A stretch of DNA of 63,426 nucleotides, the filler included, from Octopus bimaculoides (taxonomy: Eukaryota): assembly GCF_001194135.2 (NCBI RefSeq). It is 10 parts of 9 records of this genome, joined end to end, with 100 filler letters (N's around TTAATTAATTAA, not from the genome) between each part and the next. Parts side by side here need not be neighbours in the genome. Positions count along the whole stretch, not along the records: positions 13,270 to 30,782 come from NC_068989.1; positions 30,883 to 40,994 come from NC_068982.1; 8 more parts are not named here. One strand, written 5' to 3'. Shown here one piece after another: positions 25,595 through 37,825 of this stretch (the first letter of the stretch is position 1; each line of letters opens with the position of its first letter). The notes beneath the pieces were generated by a model. That model was not told the DNA's origin, made no database searches, and was given only the letters and a program-made list of their open reading frames with translations. A program made the translations under genes and the position numbers.

Positions 25595-25830
25595 GTTTGT
25601 ACTATACCCACCCTTAAGTGGAAGGAAACGATAAAGGAGGCTGTAACGAGCGTTCTGGATATCTCCAGTTTGGAGGATTTCCATGGGGCCTTCACAAAGT
25701 GGCTGAGGCGCTACTGCAAGAGCATTGAAGTCAGAGGATCCTACTTTGAAGGAGATTAGCGTTCTGTACTTCTGTGAAATTAATAAATGTCCTAAAAGAG
25801 TCAAAACTTCCGGAATGCAGCTTGTATAAA
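25595..25830 (+). mobile_element. mariner-like transposon 3' end
   Basis: IKEAVTSVLDISSLEDFHGAFTKWLRRYCKSIEVRGSYFEGD* matches the mariner transposase C-terminus (RW.KC...G.YFE). The following aaaacttccggaatgcagcttgta-ta resembles a terminal repeat ending at TA. Confidence 0.7.
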
Positions 25831-25899
25831 CGTATATACGTCCGTAAATAGTCCTTCGCGTATTAACTCCTTAAAGGAGTGTTACTTCTATTTATTCTT

Positions 25900-27720
25900 G
25901 ATAGAACCCTAAGCTTGTCATCTCTAGTAATACTATCGCTTTAACACTCATTAACCCTCTTCCTTGTTCTGATCTTTTCCTGTGTCTATAATATGTATAT
26001 TGTAGGTAAATGATTCTGTTCATTGGAAACTACCCACTTGTTTTCCTATCGATATGCTTCAGCGTATCCTTTCTCTACTCAATAATTTCTGTTCGATACC
26101 GTATTAGGGTTTTGCCCTCGCATTGATTACTTGTTTGCTGCATTCAGTTTCGATTTTCAAGTCTTCATTCTGCAAAAATATTCTTTACTAAGGTTTTTCA
26201 TTCACTTCTCTATTTTTAATTTTATCGCTTTCAGGATTCCCAGATTGTTTCTTCTGCGTTTAATGATTTTATAGTTTCGTCATTAATCAGATATCGATTC
26301 CAGTACTTTTTATGAGTTTTCTCCACTTCATACCGACCATAGCACCGTTTTTAAAAGTCATCCCAACATCGTTTCTAAATATTTCTACATTTCGCGCTAA
26401 GGAATTCGGTCACATTGAGTTTACCACGAAGCCTCAAATTGTCCATAGATCGATCGCTTACTTTTCTCTTGTTCTTTTCTACCAATGAGTACCCTTCCTT
26501 AGCTTTGGGTAATATAATTGACAAAAGGATCGATATAATCATAAACAAGATAGGAGAGAAGATGCCCTTGAAAGATTTTTTTAATTGGTTTTCTGTTAAT
26601 CTTGCCCTCTTCCCACTTAAAAATTCTACTCTCCAACAACACATTGTATTTTCTAACATTTGGGACTGAGTCGTACGTTTTTCTAAGATCGATCTCCGCG
26701 ATTCATGAATTAGTCAATTTTTTCATGACCATTTTGTCAATCATTAATTGTTCTTTTGTTTCATTACTCTTTTTTTTGACAGCCTTTCTGTTTATCAGGC
26801 ATTAAGTGTTTCACATATAACTGTTGGTATACCTCTTCTGCAATTCTCCCTGTTTTGGGGCAACCACAGAATTGGTAAACACGTACATTGGTCAGTGAAC
26901 CAAAGCAACATTACATTTTAGTTAGTCTTTTAGTATTGGACATAGTCCTCCATTTGTTGGCCACATAGGTACTTACACTTATTTAGTTGTATCACTATGG
27001 TTTCATGGTAGGTTATAAACTCTTTTACCCAGAAGCTACGAACCAGATCTAGTTCTGTCCTTTATTATATTCCCACATTTATCCCTAAATAGCTTATTTT
27101 CCGAAAAATTTCAGAATTTTGCTTTTGACATAATTTTTCTTATTTTTCATGCCTATCAAATGAGCGTTTCTCTATTGTTTAAAAATGGCGATTGGTTGTT
27201 TCTTTCTTCGTATTTTCTGATTTTGACAGATTTTGCCTCTACTCCCTGTTTTAGTTCTCCGATTGGTATTCCAGTTCCATTCTTCCTTACGTGATATATT
27301 TCCTCTATTCTACCTTTCCTTTCTAATTTACTTTGCTTCCACTTGTCGAATTTACTTATATCCACTAAGGCCACTAAGTCTCATTAATATCCACTTTTTC
27401 CATCATGGTGTCCTTTCTTTTTCACTAACACTTTTGCAACTACGATTACACCTGCTAATCTCAGTATTTGCATCCTTAATGTTTTCATTGGTCATTTTAT
27501 CAATCACGCTGTTTAATTTTATCTTTTGTTTTCCTTAAAGCTTGGTTCTACCTACTGTCTCCCAGTTATCTAATTCTAAGGCTTCCGTTTCCTTCAATCG
27601 CTGCCTCAGTTCTTGCACTTGTTTTTGTTGGTGTTGGGGGAGTACAGACCCTTTCTGGTACTGCATTGCATTTGTTACGGAGCTTGGATTGAGTCTTTTA
27701 TTGCATTAGTGTTTGTGTAG
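25900..27720 (-). mobile_element. Highly decayed R4/Dong-like retrotransposon, N-terminal region and RT
   Basis: KERTP.WKKWI..DISKFDKW..ELKQGVEAKSVKIRKYEERNNQ; IDLRKTYDSVP; GIFSPILFMIISILLSIILPKAKEGYSL..SMDNLRLRGK (decayed GDSLSPLLF and MDDLKLY motifs). Confidence 0.7.
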
Positions 27721-27829
27721 AATGTGTTTTGTATTTGCGGATTTGGAGGTGGGAGGAGGTAGTAGTGAAATTCAATTGCTAGTGTCTTGCGTAGGATGTG
27801 GGCTGTTCTTTGCATGACTGTATTTTAGA

Positions 27830-28212
27830 TAGTGTGTCGTGTTGTCTGTCCAGGTTTCTATGTTGTAGTGTTGGTATATTGCCCAGTTGATATAGTTACT
27901 TACTCGGTCATACCTGTATATATGTATATTCAGATTTGGTAAGGAGTGGACAGCCACAGATGATGTGGTCAACTGTCTCATTGTGTTGGTTGCATATTCT
28001 GCATTTGGTGTTAAGGCCTGTTTTCGTTATTTTGTTTTTATAGTTGTTTGTGCAACGAGAATAAGTCCTTCAGTTTCTGCTTTTAGTTCAGAGTTTTTCA
28101 TCCATTGCTGTCTTTCATTTAGGCTCACTTCTCTCTCAAGCCTTGCACGATAATGACCATTTTTCTCTCCATTTTTTCTTTAGTATGTTGTAGCTCTGTT
28201 TTCATATTGTTG

Positions 28213-28247
<35 letters not shown>

Positions 28248-28660
28248 CGTGCGTGCGTGTGTGTCTTTCATAATTTCTGTCATGTTGTCATCTGATATTG
28301 GTGTTTCAGTATAGTCTGTATTTATTTTCTATTTCATCGTCACTCGGCGCATAGAGAAAAGCATTTTCTTCTATTTTTTTTTTTCGTGTTACTTTATTAC
28401 GTGTAGCAATCGTCCACTTTTTGTTTCTAAGTATTTTTGTAGTCCAACTGTTGTTATTTTATAGTAGTTCTGTATCTGCGTCAAGCCACGGCCTCCTTCT
28501 GAGCGGGGCAGATATACTCTGTCTGTGTTTGCTTTGGAGGGGTGACTTCGGTATGCTCTTAATAGTTTCATAGTTTCTCTATCCAAGTTTCTCAATTCAC
28601 TAATCTTCCAGTTTATTATGATGTAATTTATAACTGGCACGGCTAGCGTGTTTATCTCTC
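27830..28660 (-). mobile_element. R4/Dong-like retrotransposon post-RT fragment (thumb to CCHC region)
   Basis: INTLAVPVINY..WKISELRNLDRETMKLLRAYRSHPSKANTDRVYLPRSEGGRGLTQIQ; later IYRYDRVSNYINWAIYQHY. The 5' junction abuts an AAC/AAT repeat. Confidence 0.8.
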
Positions 28661-28721
28661 TATTATTATCATTCTTGTTATTGTTGTTGTTGTTGAGTGA
28701 GTGAGTGAGTGACTGAGTGAA

Positions 28722-28860
28722 TGAGTGAGCAGCACATGCCATCAAAATGACACTAGAGTACAAATACACCGAGCCATCTTGACTATCCGTCTGATAAGAG
28801 TACACCAGGCACACGCATCGCAACCACATGCATGTGTGCGACTTGGTGAATTCATATCAC
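28722..28860 (+). repeat. Dispersed repeat family D fragment (SINE-like)
   Basis: Reverse complement of 39865-40005 and 62589-62680 (catgccatcaaaatgacac...ccgtctgataag.gtacaccaggcac). Confidence 0.65.
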
Positions 28861-29857
28861 TTCACTTTTACATTTCGATATCCTGGATAGATGTGAGCTC
28901 TGCTAGCTTGATACGGTAGCACTGTATAACGTCCTCACGTTGTTGTTTTTTGTTATTGTTTTTTGTCTTTTTTTAACTATATATATGTATGTATATATAT
29001 ATACATACATACATATATACATATATATATANNNNNNNNNNNNNNNNNNNNNNNNNNNNNNNNNNNNNNNNNNNNNNNNNNNNNNNNNNNNNNNNNNNNN
29101 NNNNNNNNNNNNNNNNNNNNNNNNNNNNNNNNNNNNNNNNNNNNNNNNNNNNNNNNNNNNNNNNNNNNNNNNNNNNNNNNNNNNNNNNNNNNNNNNNNNN
29201 NNNNNNNNNNNNNNNNNNNNNNNNNNNNNNNNNNNNNNNNNNNNNNNNNNNNNNNNNNNNNNNNNNNNNNNNNNNNNNNNNNNNNNNNNNNNNNNNNNNN
29301 NNNNNNNNNNNNNNNNNNNNNNNNNNNNNNNNNNNNNNNNNNNNNNNNNNNNNNNNNNNNNNNNNNNNNNNNNNNNNNNNNNNNNNNNNNNNNNNNNNNN
29401 NNNNNNNNNNNNNNNNNNNNNNNNNNNNNNNNNNNNNNNNNNNNNNNNNNNNNNNNNNNNNNNNNNNNNNNNNNNNNNNNNNNNNNNNNNNNNNNNNNNN
29501 NNNNNNNNNNNNNNNNNNNNNNNNNNNNNNNNNNNNNNNNNNNNNNNNNNNNNNNNNNNNNNNNNNNNNNNNNNNNNNNNNNNNNNNNNNNNNNNNNNNN
29601 NNNNNNNNNNNNNNNNNNNNNNNNNNNNNNNNNNNNNNNNNNNNNNNNNNNNNNNNNNNNNNNNNNNNNNNNNNNNNNNNNNNNNNNNNNNNNNNNNNNN
29701 NNNNNNNNNNNNNNNNNNNNNNNNNNNNNNNNNNNNNNNNNNNNNNNNNNNNNNNNNNNNNNNNNNNNNNNNNNNNNNNNNNNNNNNNNNNNNNNNNNNN
29801 NNNAGACGTGCAGACAGATAGATAGACAGACATATATACAGACAGACAGACAGACAA

Positions 29858-29950
<93 letters not shown>

Positions 29951-30354
29951 TTGATATTAGAATGTGAAGAGGATGTTGCAAGTATGTAGTATCAGTAAGC
30001 TCAATATCACTTATCATATGTAATGGAAATATTTTAATGATGTTTCAATATCTCCAGTAAGAAGAGTTCTGCAAAGGAGAGCGTCTAAACAGAATTGTGT
30101 ATATGTTTGTTGGTGATAGTTAGAGATGTATGTGTAAGAGGGATGTCTAGTTAGTGATACGTCATAAACACATGTTTCTCGACCCACTTAACGAACGTGC
30201 AACACTAATATATATATATCAATGATTTTACAAACAACAAATGCTACTACTACTACAATCACTACTACTGCTGCTGTTACCACTACCATCATCACCACCG
30301 CCACCTCCAGCAGCAGCAGCAGTAGTAGTAGTAGTAGTAGTGATGGTTGTGGTG

Positions 30355-30387
<33 letters not shown>

Positions 30388-30469
30388 CTTAAAATTGATT
30401 CAGCTTTACTGTTGGTAATTATGATTGAAAAACGTTGTTGTTCTAGTGTTTTTAGACCCCGGGTCAGTC

Positions 30470-30782
30470 CTATTCAGGTAGACCTTATAGATCTATTGAT
30501 CAAAGATTTTCTAACTGTGACCATCCTGTTTTTTTTCCGTATCAAGGACTACATTCTATTCTTCAGGTAGACCTTATAGATCTATTGATCAAAGATTTTC
30601 TAACTGTGACCATCCTGTTTTTTTCCGTATCAAGGACTACATTCTATTCTTCAGGTAGACCTTATAGATCTATTAATCAAAGATTTTCTAACTGTGACCA
30701 TCCTGTTTTTTTTCCGTATCAAAGACTACATTCTATTCTTCAGGTAGACCTTATAGATCTATTGATCAAAGATTTTCTAACT
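30470..30782. repeat. 88-89-bp tandem minisatellite, about 3.5 copies, running into a gap
   Basis: caggtagaccttatagatc starts at 30475, 30564, 30652 and 30741. Confidence 0.93.
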
Positions 30783-31119
30783 NNNNNNNNNNNNNNNNNN
30801 NNNNNNNNNNNNNNNNNNNNNNNNNNTTAATTAATTAANNNNNNNNNNNNNNNNNNNNNNNNNNNNNNNNNNNNNNNNNNNNAAATGAGTGACACTTAAA
30901 CAGGAAGTTGGGGCGGTGTTGTACGGCCGTCTAGCTCAAGGGTACGGCTATCTCGTTGTGCACCGGATAGTGTGACTGCTGTTATATATGGAGTCATTAG
31001 AGAATTTAACTTGAATAGATTTTCTACCCAGTATTGTGTGACCTTTATAACATGCGTTTTTTTTTTTCAATACTTAAAACATACCGTGTTAGGTTTCGAC
31101 TGTCGGTTCTATCTATCCG

Positions 31120-31175
<56 letters not shown>

Positions 31176-31202
31176 GCTATCTATCTATCTAGCTATCTAT
31201 CA

Positions 31203-31249
<47 letters not shown>

Positions 31250-32009
31250 AAAAATGCATAGCTATCTACATATGTACCGGTATGTACGTGCATATACACG
31301 CATATGCTTACATGTATACATCATTAGCACACAAAAAATTCGACATGCATAGTTATATACCATGTACATTATAGATAACATACATACATATATAATATAT
31401 ATGTGTGTGTGTCTATACATGCACGCATAGATGTATCTATGCATGCGTACACACATGCATACATAGATACATACATGCATGCATACATTCATACATAGTA
31501 GCTGTCAACTCGTAGCCAAGTATGACCCTCACTGATAAAAGATTTTATCCTAGATGTTAAAGACAATAGCTTTCAGCAATACCCGTGCTGAAATTTAAAG
31601 TCAATAGCAGCTTACACTTACAAAAACCCTCACCTACAAAGCCAAACTATCCAGAAACAAACAAGTACAAAATCTCTGGTTATATTTTGGAATTCTCCTT
31701 GAGAGATCTCTAAGCAAAGACCATGAGTCTCTCATCCCCTGCTGTTGGATGTCCCTTCACTCTATTTAGTTCATCTGTCCTTTGATAGGTTTTGTTCTTT
31801 TGTCCTCCAGGATGTCTAACGAAAACTACCTTCCTTGCCATACAGGCTTGGTAGCGTTACCAGTCACTGACGGAGCGACCATGTGACGGGTTGTACTGGG
31901 TTATATGTTATCAGTAGCTTCAAGAGTGACCTGACGTATCGCACGTACATACAAACATACATACATACATACATACATACATACATACATACATACGTAC
32001 GTATGTACT

Positions 32010-32530
32010 ACCTGTCCCTAAAGTTCAGTCCCATTGTGTGACACCTTGAGCAAAAGTATTCTACTGTGGCTTTTGAGTCGAGAAAAGCCTTTCAGAGCAG
32101 ATTGGTGACGGAAACTGAAAGATGCATACCCATCGAGTATGTATATATACATGTATGTGTGTGTGTAGGTGTGTATATCTTCATGTGGACCTCTTCCTAT
32201 CGAGAGTCCCAGATGAACCTACCTCGCGGCAGGAGGTGCAAATGAGGGTTGTTAAATCAAACTCCATTCTTCACCAAATGCCACATATTGTAAGAGGCTC
32301 CCTGTAATAACAGTGTATCAACACGGTGGTGCATCTGACTTTATCTCTCATCACCGCTTGAAAACCGGTTTTGGTGTATTTACGTCCCCGTAACATAGCT
32401 ATTCGGTAAAAGACACTGAAACAATAAGTACCAGCCTTATAAAAATACTGAGGTCGATTCATTTGACTAAAAATTCTTCAAGGTGGTGTCGCAGCATGAT
32501 CGCAATCAAGTAACTGAAGCAAGTAAAAGC
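32010..32530 (+). mobile_element. SINE family B, degenerate
   Basis: gttcagtccca..gtg.acaccttgagcaa..gtattctactgtggc...gacggaaactgaaaga...gcatgatcgcaatcaagtaactgaagcaagtaaaag. Confidence 0.7.
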
Positions 32531-33223
32531 TAAGATATATATATATATATATATANNNNNNNNNNNNNNNNNNNNNNNNNNNNNNNNNNNNNNNNNNNNN
32601 NNNNNNNNNNNNNNNNNNNNNNNNNNNNNNNNNNNNNNNNNNNNNNNNNNNNNNNNNNNNNNNNNNNNNNNNNNNNNNNNNNNNNNNNNNNNNNNNNNNN
32701 NNNNNNNNNNNNNNNNNNNNNNNNNNNNNNNNNNNNNNNNNNNNNNNNNNNNNNNNNNNNNNNNNNNNNNNNNNNNNNNNNNNNNNNNNNNNNNNNNNNN
32801 NNNNNNNNNNNNNNNNNNNNNNNNNNNNNNNNNNNNNNNNNNNNNNNNNNNNNNNNNNNNNNNNNNNNNNNNNNNNNNNNNNNNNNNNNNNNNNNNNNNN
32901 NNNNNNNNNNNNNNNNNNNNNNNNNNNNNNNNNNNNNNNNNNNNNNNNNNNNNNNNNNNNNNNNNNNNNNNNNNNNNNNNNNNNNNNNNNNNNNNNNNNN
33001 NNNNNNNNNNNNNNNNNNNNNNNNNNNNNNNNNNNNNNNNNNNNNNNNNNNNNNNNNNNNNNNNNNNNNNNNNNNNNNNNNNNNNNNNNNNNNNNNNNNN
33101 NNNNNNNNNNNNNNNNNNNNNNNNNNNNNNNNNNNNNNNNNNNNNNNNNNNNNNNNNNNNNNNNNNNNNNNNNNNNNNNNNNNNNNNNNNNNNNNNNNNN
33201 NNNNNNNNNNNNNNNNNNNNNNN

Positions 33224-33434
33224 CGGAGTAAGCACATGAAATGTGCAACAAGGTGGAAAAAAGAGTACTCAAATACCAGAGGTAGAGTAATATGCTTTAT
33301 TTAAAAGCAGCAGAAATATAACAAAAAAAAACCGTTACTCTGAGTTTCACGTTCCCGTTCATCGATGAACGGGAACGTGAAACTCAGATTAACGGTTTTT
33401 TTGTTATATTTCTGCTGCTTTTAAATAAAGTATA
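33224..33434. mobile_element. Probable Penelope-type pseudo-LTR forming a spacer-less palindrome (33291-33434)
   Basis: Arms of about 72 bp mirror about the axis 33363/33364 (gttcccgttcatc|gatgaacgggaac); each arm carries a hammerhead-like remnant. Assignment to PLEs is inference. Confidence 0.55.
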
Positions 33435-34339
33435 TATATATATATATATATATTCTGAAATGCGTATATTTTACCTCCAGATTAATAAATGCAAATACTC
33501 TTATATGTATGTCTGTGTGCGTACGCGTGTTTACGTGTGTGTGTATATACATACATACACACGCACACACGTACATATATACACATACATACAGTTATGC
33601 ATACCTATACACATACACATACAGACATGCAGACATGCGTGCGCATGTATACACGAACATCCATATATGCGTACGTTCATAATGCATAAACACAGGTATA
33701 CGTACACATATGCATGCAAACATTTATATGCATACACTGGTACATACTTATACGTACAGATATAAAAACATGCTCACATACATAAATACACTCTTACACA
33801 AACACACACACATATGTATGCATATTATATATATATATAGGGTGAGAAATGTAATATCCATTAATGTCACCGTCTTTAAATACGTTGTAATAGTTTAGAA
33901 TTAATTGTCTGCTGACGCCAAGAACTCTTTCACTAAAACCTTTGTTAAAATTTTGTATATTTTGTATTGTCTATCATCATTTCCGTGTATTTTTCTTATT
34001 ATTGTATTTCTTTACTGTCTATTCATACGTTCTTATTTTTAGTGTTTTTTCTTATTTTGTTTCTCTATTATGTTTGCTTAACTCTCGCATATTTGAACAT
34101 CAGCAAAAGAGGAAAATAGATGAAACCATTTTTCGTAAAACGCCAATTTGCTAAGTTCTTTTATTTAATCTACTTTCTGTGTATATAATTTATTTAATCT
34201 CCGTTATTTGTTCTAACGTATTTTTTTTTAAAGTCTATCTCTTCCTATTTAGCTTGAAGTGCACTCTAACTCACTCTCGGTTTGATTTCGACGTCGGGAT
34301 TTTTCTTCCCTCTTTTTTTCTTTTTCTTTTCTACTCTAG

Positions 34340-34537
34340 ACACAAGGTCCGAAATTTTGGGGGAGGAGGCCAGTCGATTTGATCGACCCCAGTCCATAAC
34401 TGCTACTTAATTTATCGACCTCGAAGGGATGAAAGGCAAAGTCGACCTCGGCGGAATTTGAACTCAGAACTTAACGGCAGACGAAATACCGCTAAGCATT
34501 TTGCCCAGCGTGCTAACGTTTCTGCCAGCTTGCCATC
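34340..34537 (-). mobile_element. SINE family A
   Basis: tttatcgacctcgaagggatgaaaggcaaagtcgacctcggcggaatttgaactcagaac...cgtgctaacgtttctgccagcttgcc. Confidence 0.85.
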
Positions 34538-34544
34538 TTTCCTC

Positions 34545-35201
34545 TTTTTTTTCTTTTACTTGTTTCAGTAATTAGACTGCGGCCATGCTGGGGCACTGCC
34601 TTGAAGAATTTTTGCTAGTCGAATTAATCAACCCCAGTGCATATTTTTTCAAGCCTGACACTTATNNNNNNNNNNNNNNNNNNNNNNNNNNNNNNNNNNN
34701 NNNNNNNNNNNNNNNNNNNNNNNNNNNNNNNNNNNNNNNNNNNNNNNNNNNNNNNNNNNNNNNNNNNNNNNNNNNNNNNNNNNNNNNNNNNNNNNNNNNN
34801 NNNNNNNNNNNNNNNNNNNNNNNNNNNNNNNNNNNNNNNNNNNNNNNNNNNNNNNNNNNNNNNNNNNNNNNNNNNNNNNNNNNNNNNNNNNNNNNNNNNN
34901 NNNNNNNNNNNNNNNNNNNNNNNNNNNNNNNNNNNNNNNNNNNNNNNNNNNNNNNNNNNNNNNNNNNNNNNNNNNNNNNNNNNNNNNNNNNNNNNNNNNN
35001 NNNNNNNNNNNNNNNNNNNNNNNNNNNNNNNNNNNNNNNNNNNNNNNNNNNNNNNNNNNNNNNNNNNNNNNNNNNNNNNNNNNNNNNNNNNNNNNNNNNN
35101 NNNNNNNNNNNNNNNNNNNNNNNNNNNNNNNNNNNNNNNNNNNNNNNNNNNNNNNNNNNNNNNNNNNNNNNNNNNNNNNNNNNNNNNNNNNNNNNNNNNN
35201 N

Positions 35202-35232
<31 letters not shown>

Positions 35233-35320
35233 TACGAAGGGCGTCTTTCAGTTTCCGCCTAGTAAATCCATTCACAAGTCTTTGGTCGGCCTGAGGCTAT
35301 TGTAAAAGACACTTGCTCAA
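34545..35320 (-). mobile_element. SINE family B split by an assembly gap
   Basis: Tail cttttacttgtttcagtaattagactgcggccatgctg before the gap; tttcagtttccgcctagtaaatccattcacaag...gacacttgctcaag after it. Confidence 0.65.
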
Positions 35321-35897
35321 GCTCCGTAGGGAGCATAAAAATATAATTTGAAAAGATAGAAGCTTTATCGGAATGGATATTGTCAATGTGAAGTGTTCTC
35401 TTAAAAGATGTGTCAAAGAGAAGCAAATTGAATGCGGTTCGAAATATACGGTGATGTCAAAGAGTCACATGAATGGAAACCATCCCAGTTATTAACAGTA
35501 CATTATGTAGGTATGAAAATCATACTTCAGGAATGAAAAAAAGTAGACTTTGTGACGTTCTGATAAACAAGCCACTTCCAAAGCCATTGGCGATATACGC
35601 TATACTTTAGTAGTATTTTTTTTTCTTCACCATGTATTTTCAGAAGAAATTAGCAACTTCGAAAATGATAATGATGAAGACGACGATGACAACGATGACG
35701 GCGAGAAGCGGTGGAGCAAACAAACGGATTGTTATTGTTACTGCTGTGAGAAAACATGAGAAGAGTATCGTTTCTTTACTAACCACTTATTTTCTGACAG
35801 TATATTTTATCCAATATTTCTTTTATTAAGCCATTGAGATTGAATTTGAAGGGGGAGATTTGATTTCTATTTCTTGTTATACTACTGGTGATATTGT

Positions 35898-36273
35898 GGA
35901 GGCGCAATGGCCCAGTGGTTAGGGCAGCGGACTCGCGGTCATAGGATCGCGGTTTCGATTCCCAGACCGGGCGTTGTTAGTGTTTATTGAGCGAAAACAC
36001 TCGAAGCTCCACGAGGCTCCGGCAGGGGATGGTGGCGAACCCTGCTGTACTCTTTCACCACAACTTTCTCTCACTCATACTTTCTGTTTCTGTTGTGCCT
36101 GTATTTCAAAGGGCCAGCCTTGTGACATTCTGTGTTACGCTGAATCTCCCCGAGAACTACGTTAAGGGTACACGTGTCTGTGGAGTGCTCAGCCACTTGC
36201 ACGCTAATTTCACGAGCAGACTGTTCCGTTGATCGGTTCGACTGGAACCCTCGACGTCGTAAGCGACGGAGTC
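35898..36273 (+). mobile_element. tRNA-derived SINE family C, full length
   Basis: A-box tggcccagtgg, B-box-like ggtttcgattcc; body matches 46608-46993 and 40718-40994. Confidence 0.9.
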
Positions 36274-36454
36274 CTGTTGGTTGTGGTGGTGAGGTCGGTG
36301 GCGTTTCGTTATTGCTGCTGCTGTTGCTGCTGCCGCTATTGCTGCAGCTGCTATTAAGCTCCATCTCAGCTCCGATCGAGAGGTCACATGATCAAAGATG
36401 TTCCAGCTGTAATCATCCTGTTCCTTTTCTCTGTCTAAAACAATGGCTCGCAAC

Positions 36455-36525
36455 CGGAGTCCATTCGGTCCTTCGGAGTCCATATGGTCCTTCGGGATTC
36501 ATATGGTCCATCGGGGTCCATATGA
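36455..36525. repeat. 19-bp minisatellite, about 3.7 copies
   Basis: cggagtccat(tc/at)ggtcctt units at 36455, 36474, 36493 and 36512. Confidence 0.85.
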
Positions 36526-36592
36526 TTTTGTTTTTATAATTTGCGCAAGAAATAGCTTATTCTTTCTTCAATACACAAGATATACTCTTTCA

Positions 36593-36980
36593 CTCTTTTA
36601 CTTGTTTCAGTCATTTGACTGCAGCCATGCTGGAGCACCGCCTTTAGTCGAGCAAATCGACCCCAAGACTTATTCTTTGTAAGCCTAGTACTTATTCTAT
36701 CGGTCTCTTTCACCGAACCGCTAAGTTACGGGGACATAAACACACCACCATCGGATGTCAAGCAATTTTGGTGGGTACAAACACAGGCACACAAACACAC
36801 ATATATATATATACATATATACGACGGGATTCTTTCAGTTTCCGTCTACCAAATCCACTCACAAGGCTTTGGTCGGCCCGAGGCTATAGTAGAAGACACT
36901 TGCCCAAGGTGCCACGCAGTGGGATTGAACCCGGAACCATGTGGTTGGTAAGCAAGCTACTTATCACACAGCCACTCCTG
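36593..36980 (-). mobile_element. tRNA-derived SINE family B, best-preserved copy
   Basis: Minus-strand head caggagtggctgtgtgataag..aaccacatggttccgggttcaatccc (A/B-box-like), then ccttgggcaagtgtcttctactatagcctcgggccgacc. Confidence 0.9.
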
Positions 36981-37654
36981 AATCTTTTTATACAATTTCT
37001 AATAATATTTAATTATAAAAGCATATGATTTTTTTTTTTTAACGTCGAATGGCTATGAGAGTCCAGTAGAGTAAAATAGGAACCAAAGGGTCCATGTTGA
37101 GAAAAACTAGTCTAAAACAATACTGTCTAATACATCCTTCCATCCTGAAACGAAATAGTGTAATATAATAGATATTTGGCTGCTATTTCTAGCGCGTCTT
37201 GTGATCATACAGACATTGGAAACCATTATCAAAAAACAGGGCGCGTGAGACGTGGACCATCGTTAGGCAGGCTACACTACTAAAAGAAATCGCAACATAA
37301 TTTGTCATAGACGTGTCATTCAGAAACCCAACCCGGCGGCAGTTTGCCCAAGACTGATACAGAGAGAGGTTCTGTTGTTGGCTTGTTGTTACTGTAATTG
37401 TCTTGTTGCTGATGTGAGGGCATTGATGATGGTATTAGTGATCGCAGTAATTATGACGTTGGTGATAACAACTTTTGTAGCGGCCTATATCGATAAGCAA
37501 TGAAAGTAGAGACTTATACTATAACAACCTCACAACAGTATATGAGCAAACAAAAATTATCAACGGCAGGTCTTGTGTAAGACGACTATGCATAATCGGT
37601 AGCCGTTACAGCACGCTGTGTCAATAAAGAGGGGGGGGAGGAATACATGATAGG

Positions 37655-37700
37655 GGGAGGGCTGTATAAAAGTGAGACAAAGGTCAACAGTCAAAGGAAA
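37655..37700 (+). promoter_or_regulatory. Candidate TATA-box core promoter (unverified)
   Basis: TATAAAAG at 37665-37672 preceded by G-rich boxes in non-repeat DNA; no downstream gene identified. Confidence 0.2.
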
Positions 37701-37772
37701 TCTTTCTACGCCATCATTGACTAATCCTGTCACCTCCGTTCGTCTGCAGCATCACAGTACACTTACTAATCA

Positions 37773-37825
<53 letters not shown>

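Noticed and set aside
30470-30782. CRISPR-like array
   Set aside because: Units are wholly repeated with no unique spacers, the context is eukaryotic, and no cas genes are present.
31500-31930. Another TACA-flanked retrotransposon 3' end
   Set aside because: Flanks are TACA-like, but the translation gives only a vague match to RLE C-termini, too weak to call.
35898-35970. Genuine tRNA genes at SINE or pLTR heads (also 44044-44106, 46920-46993)
   Set aside because: They lack a complete acceptor stem and continue into repeated SINE or pLTR bodies.
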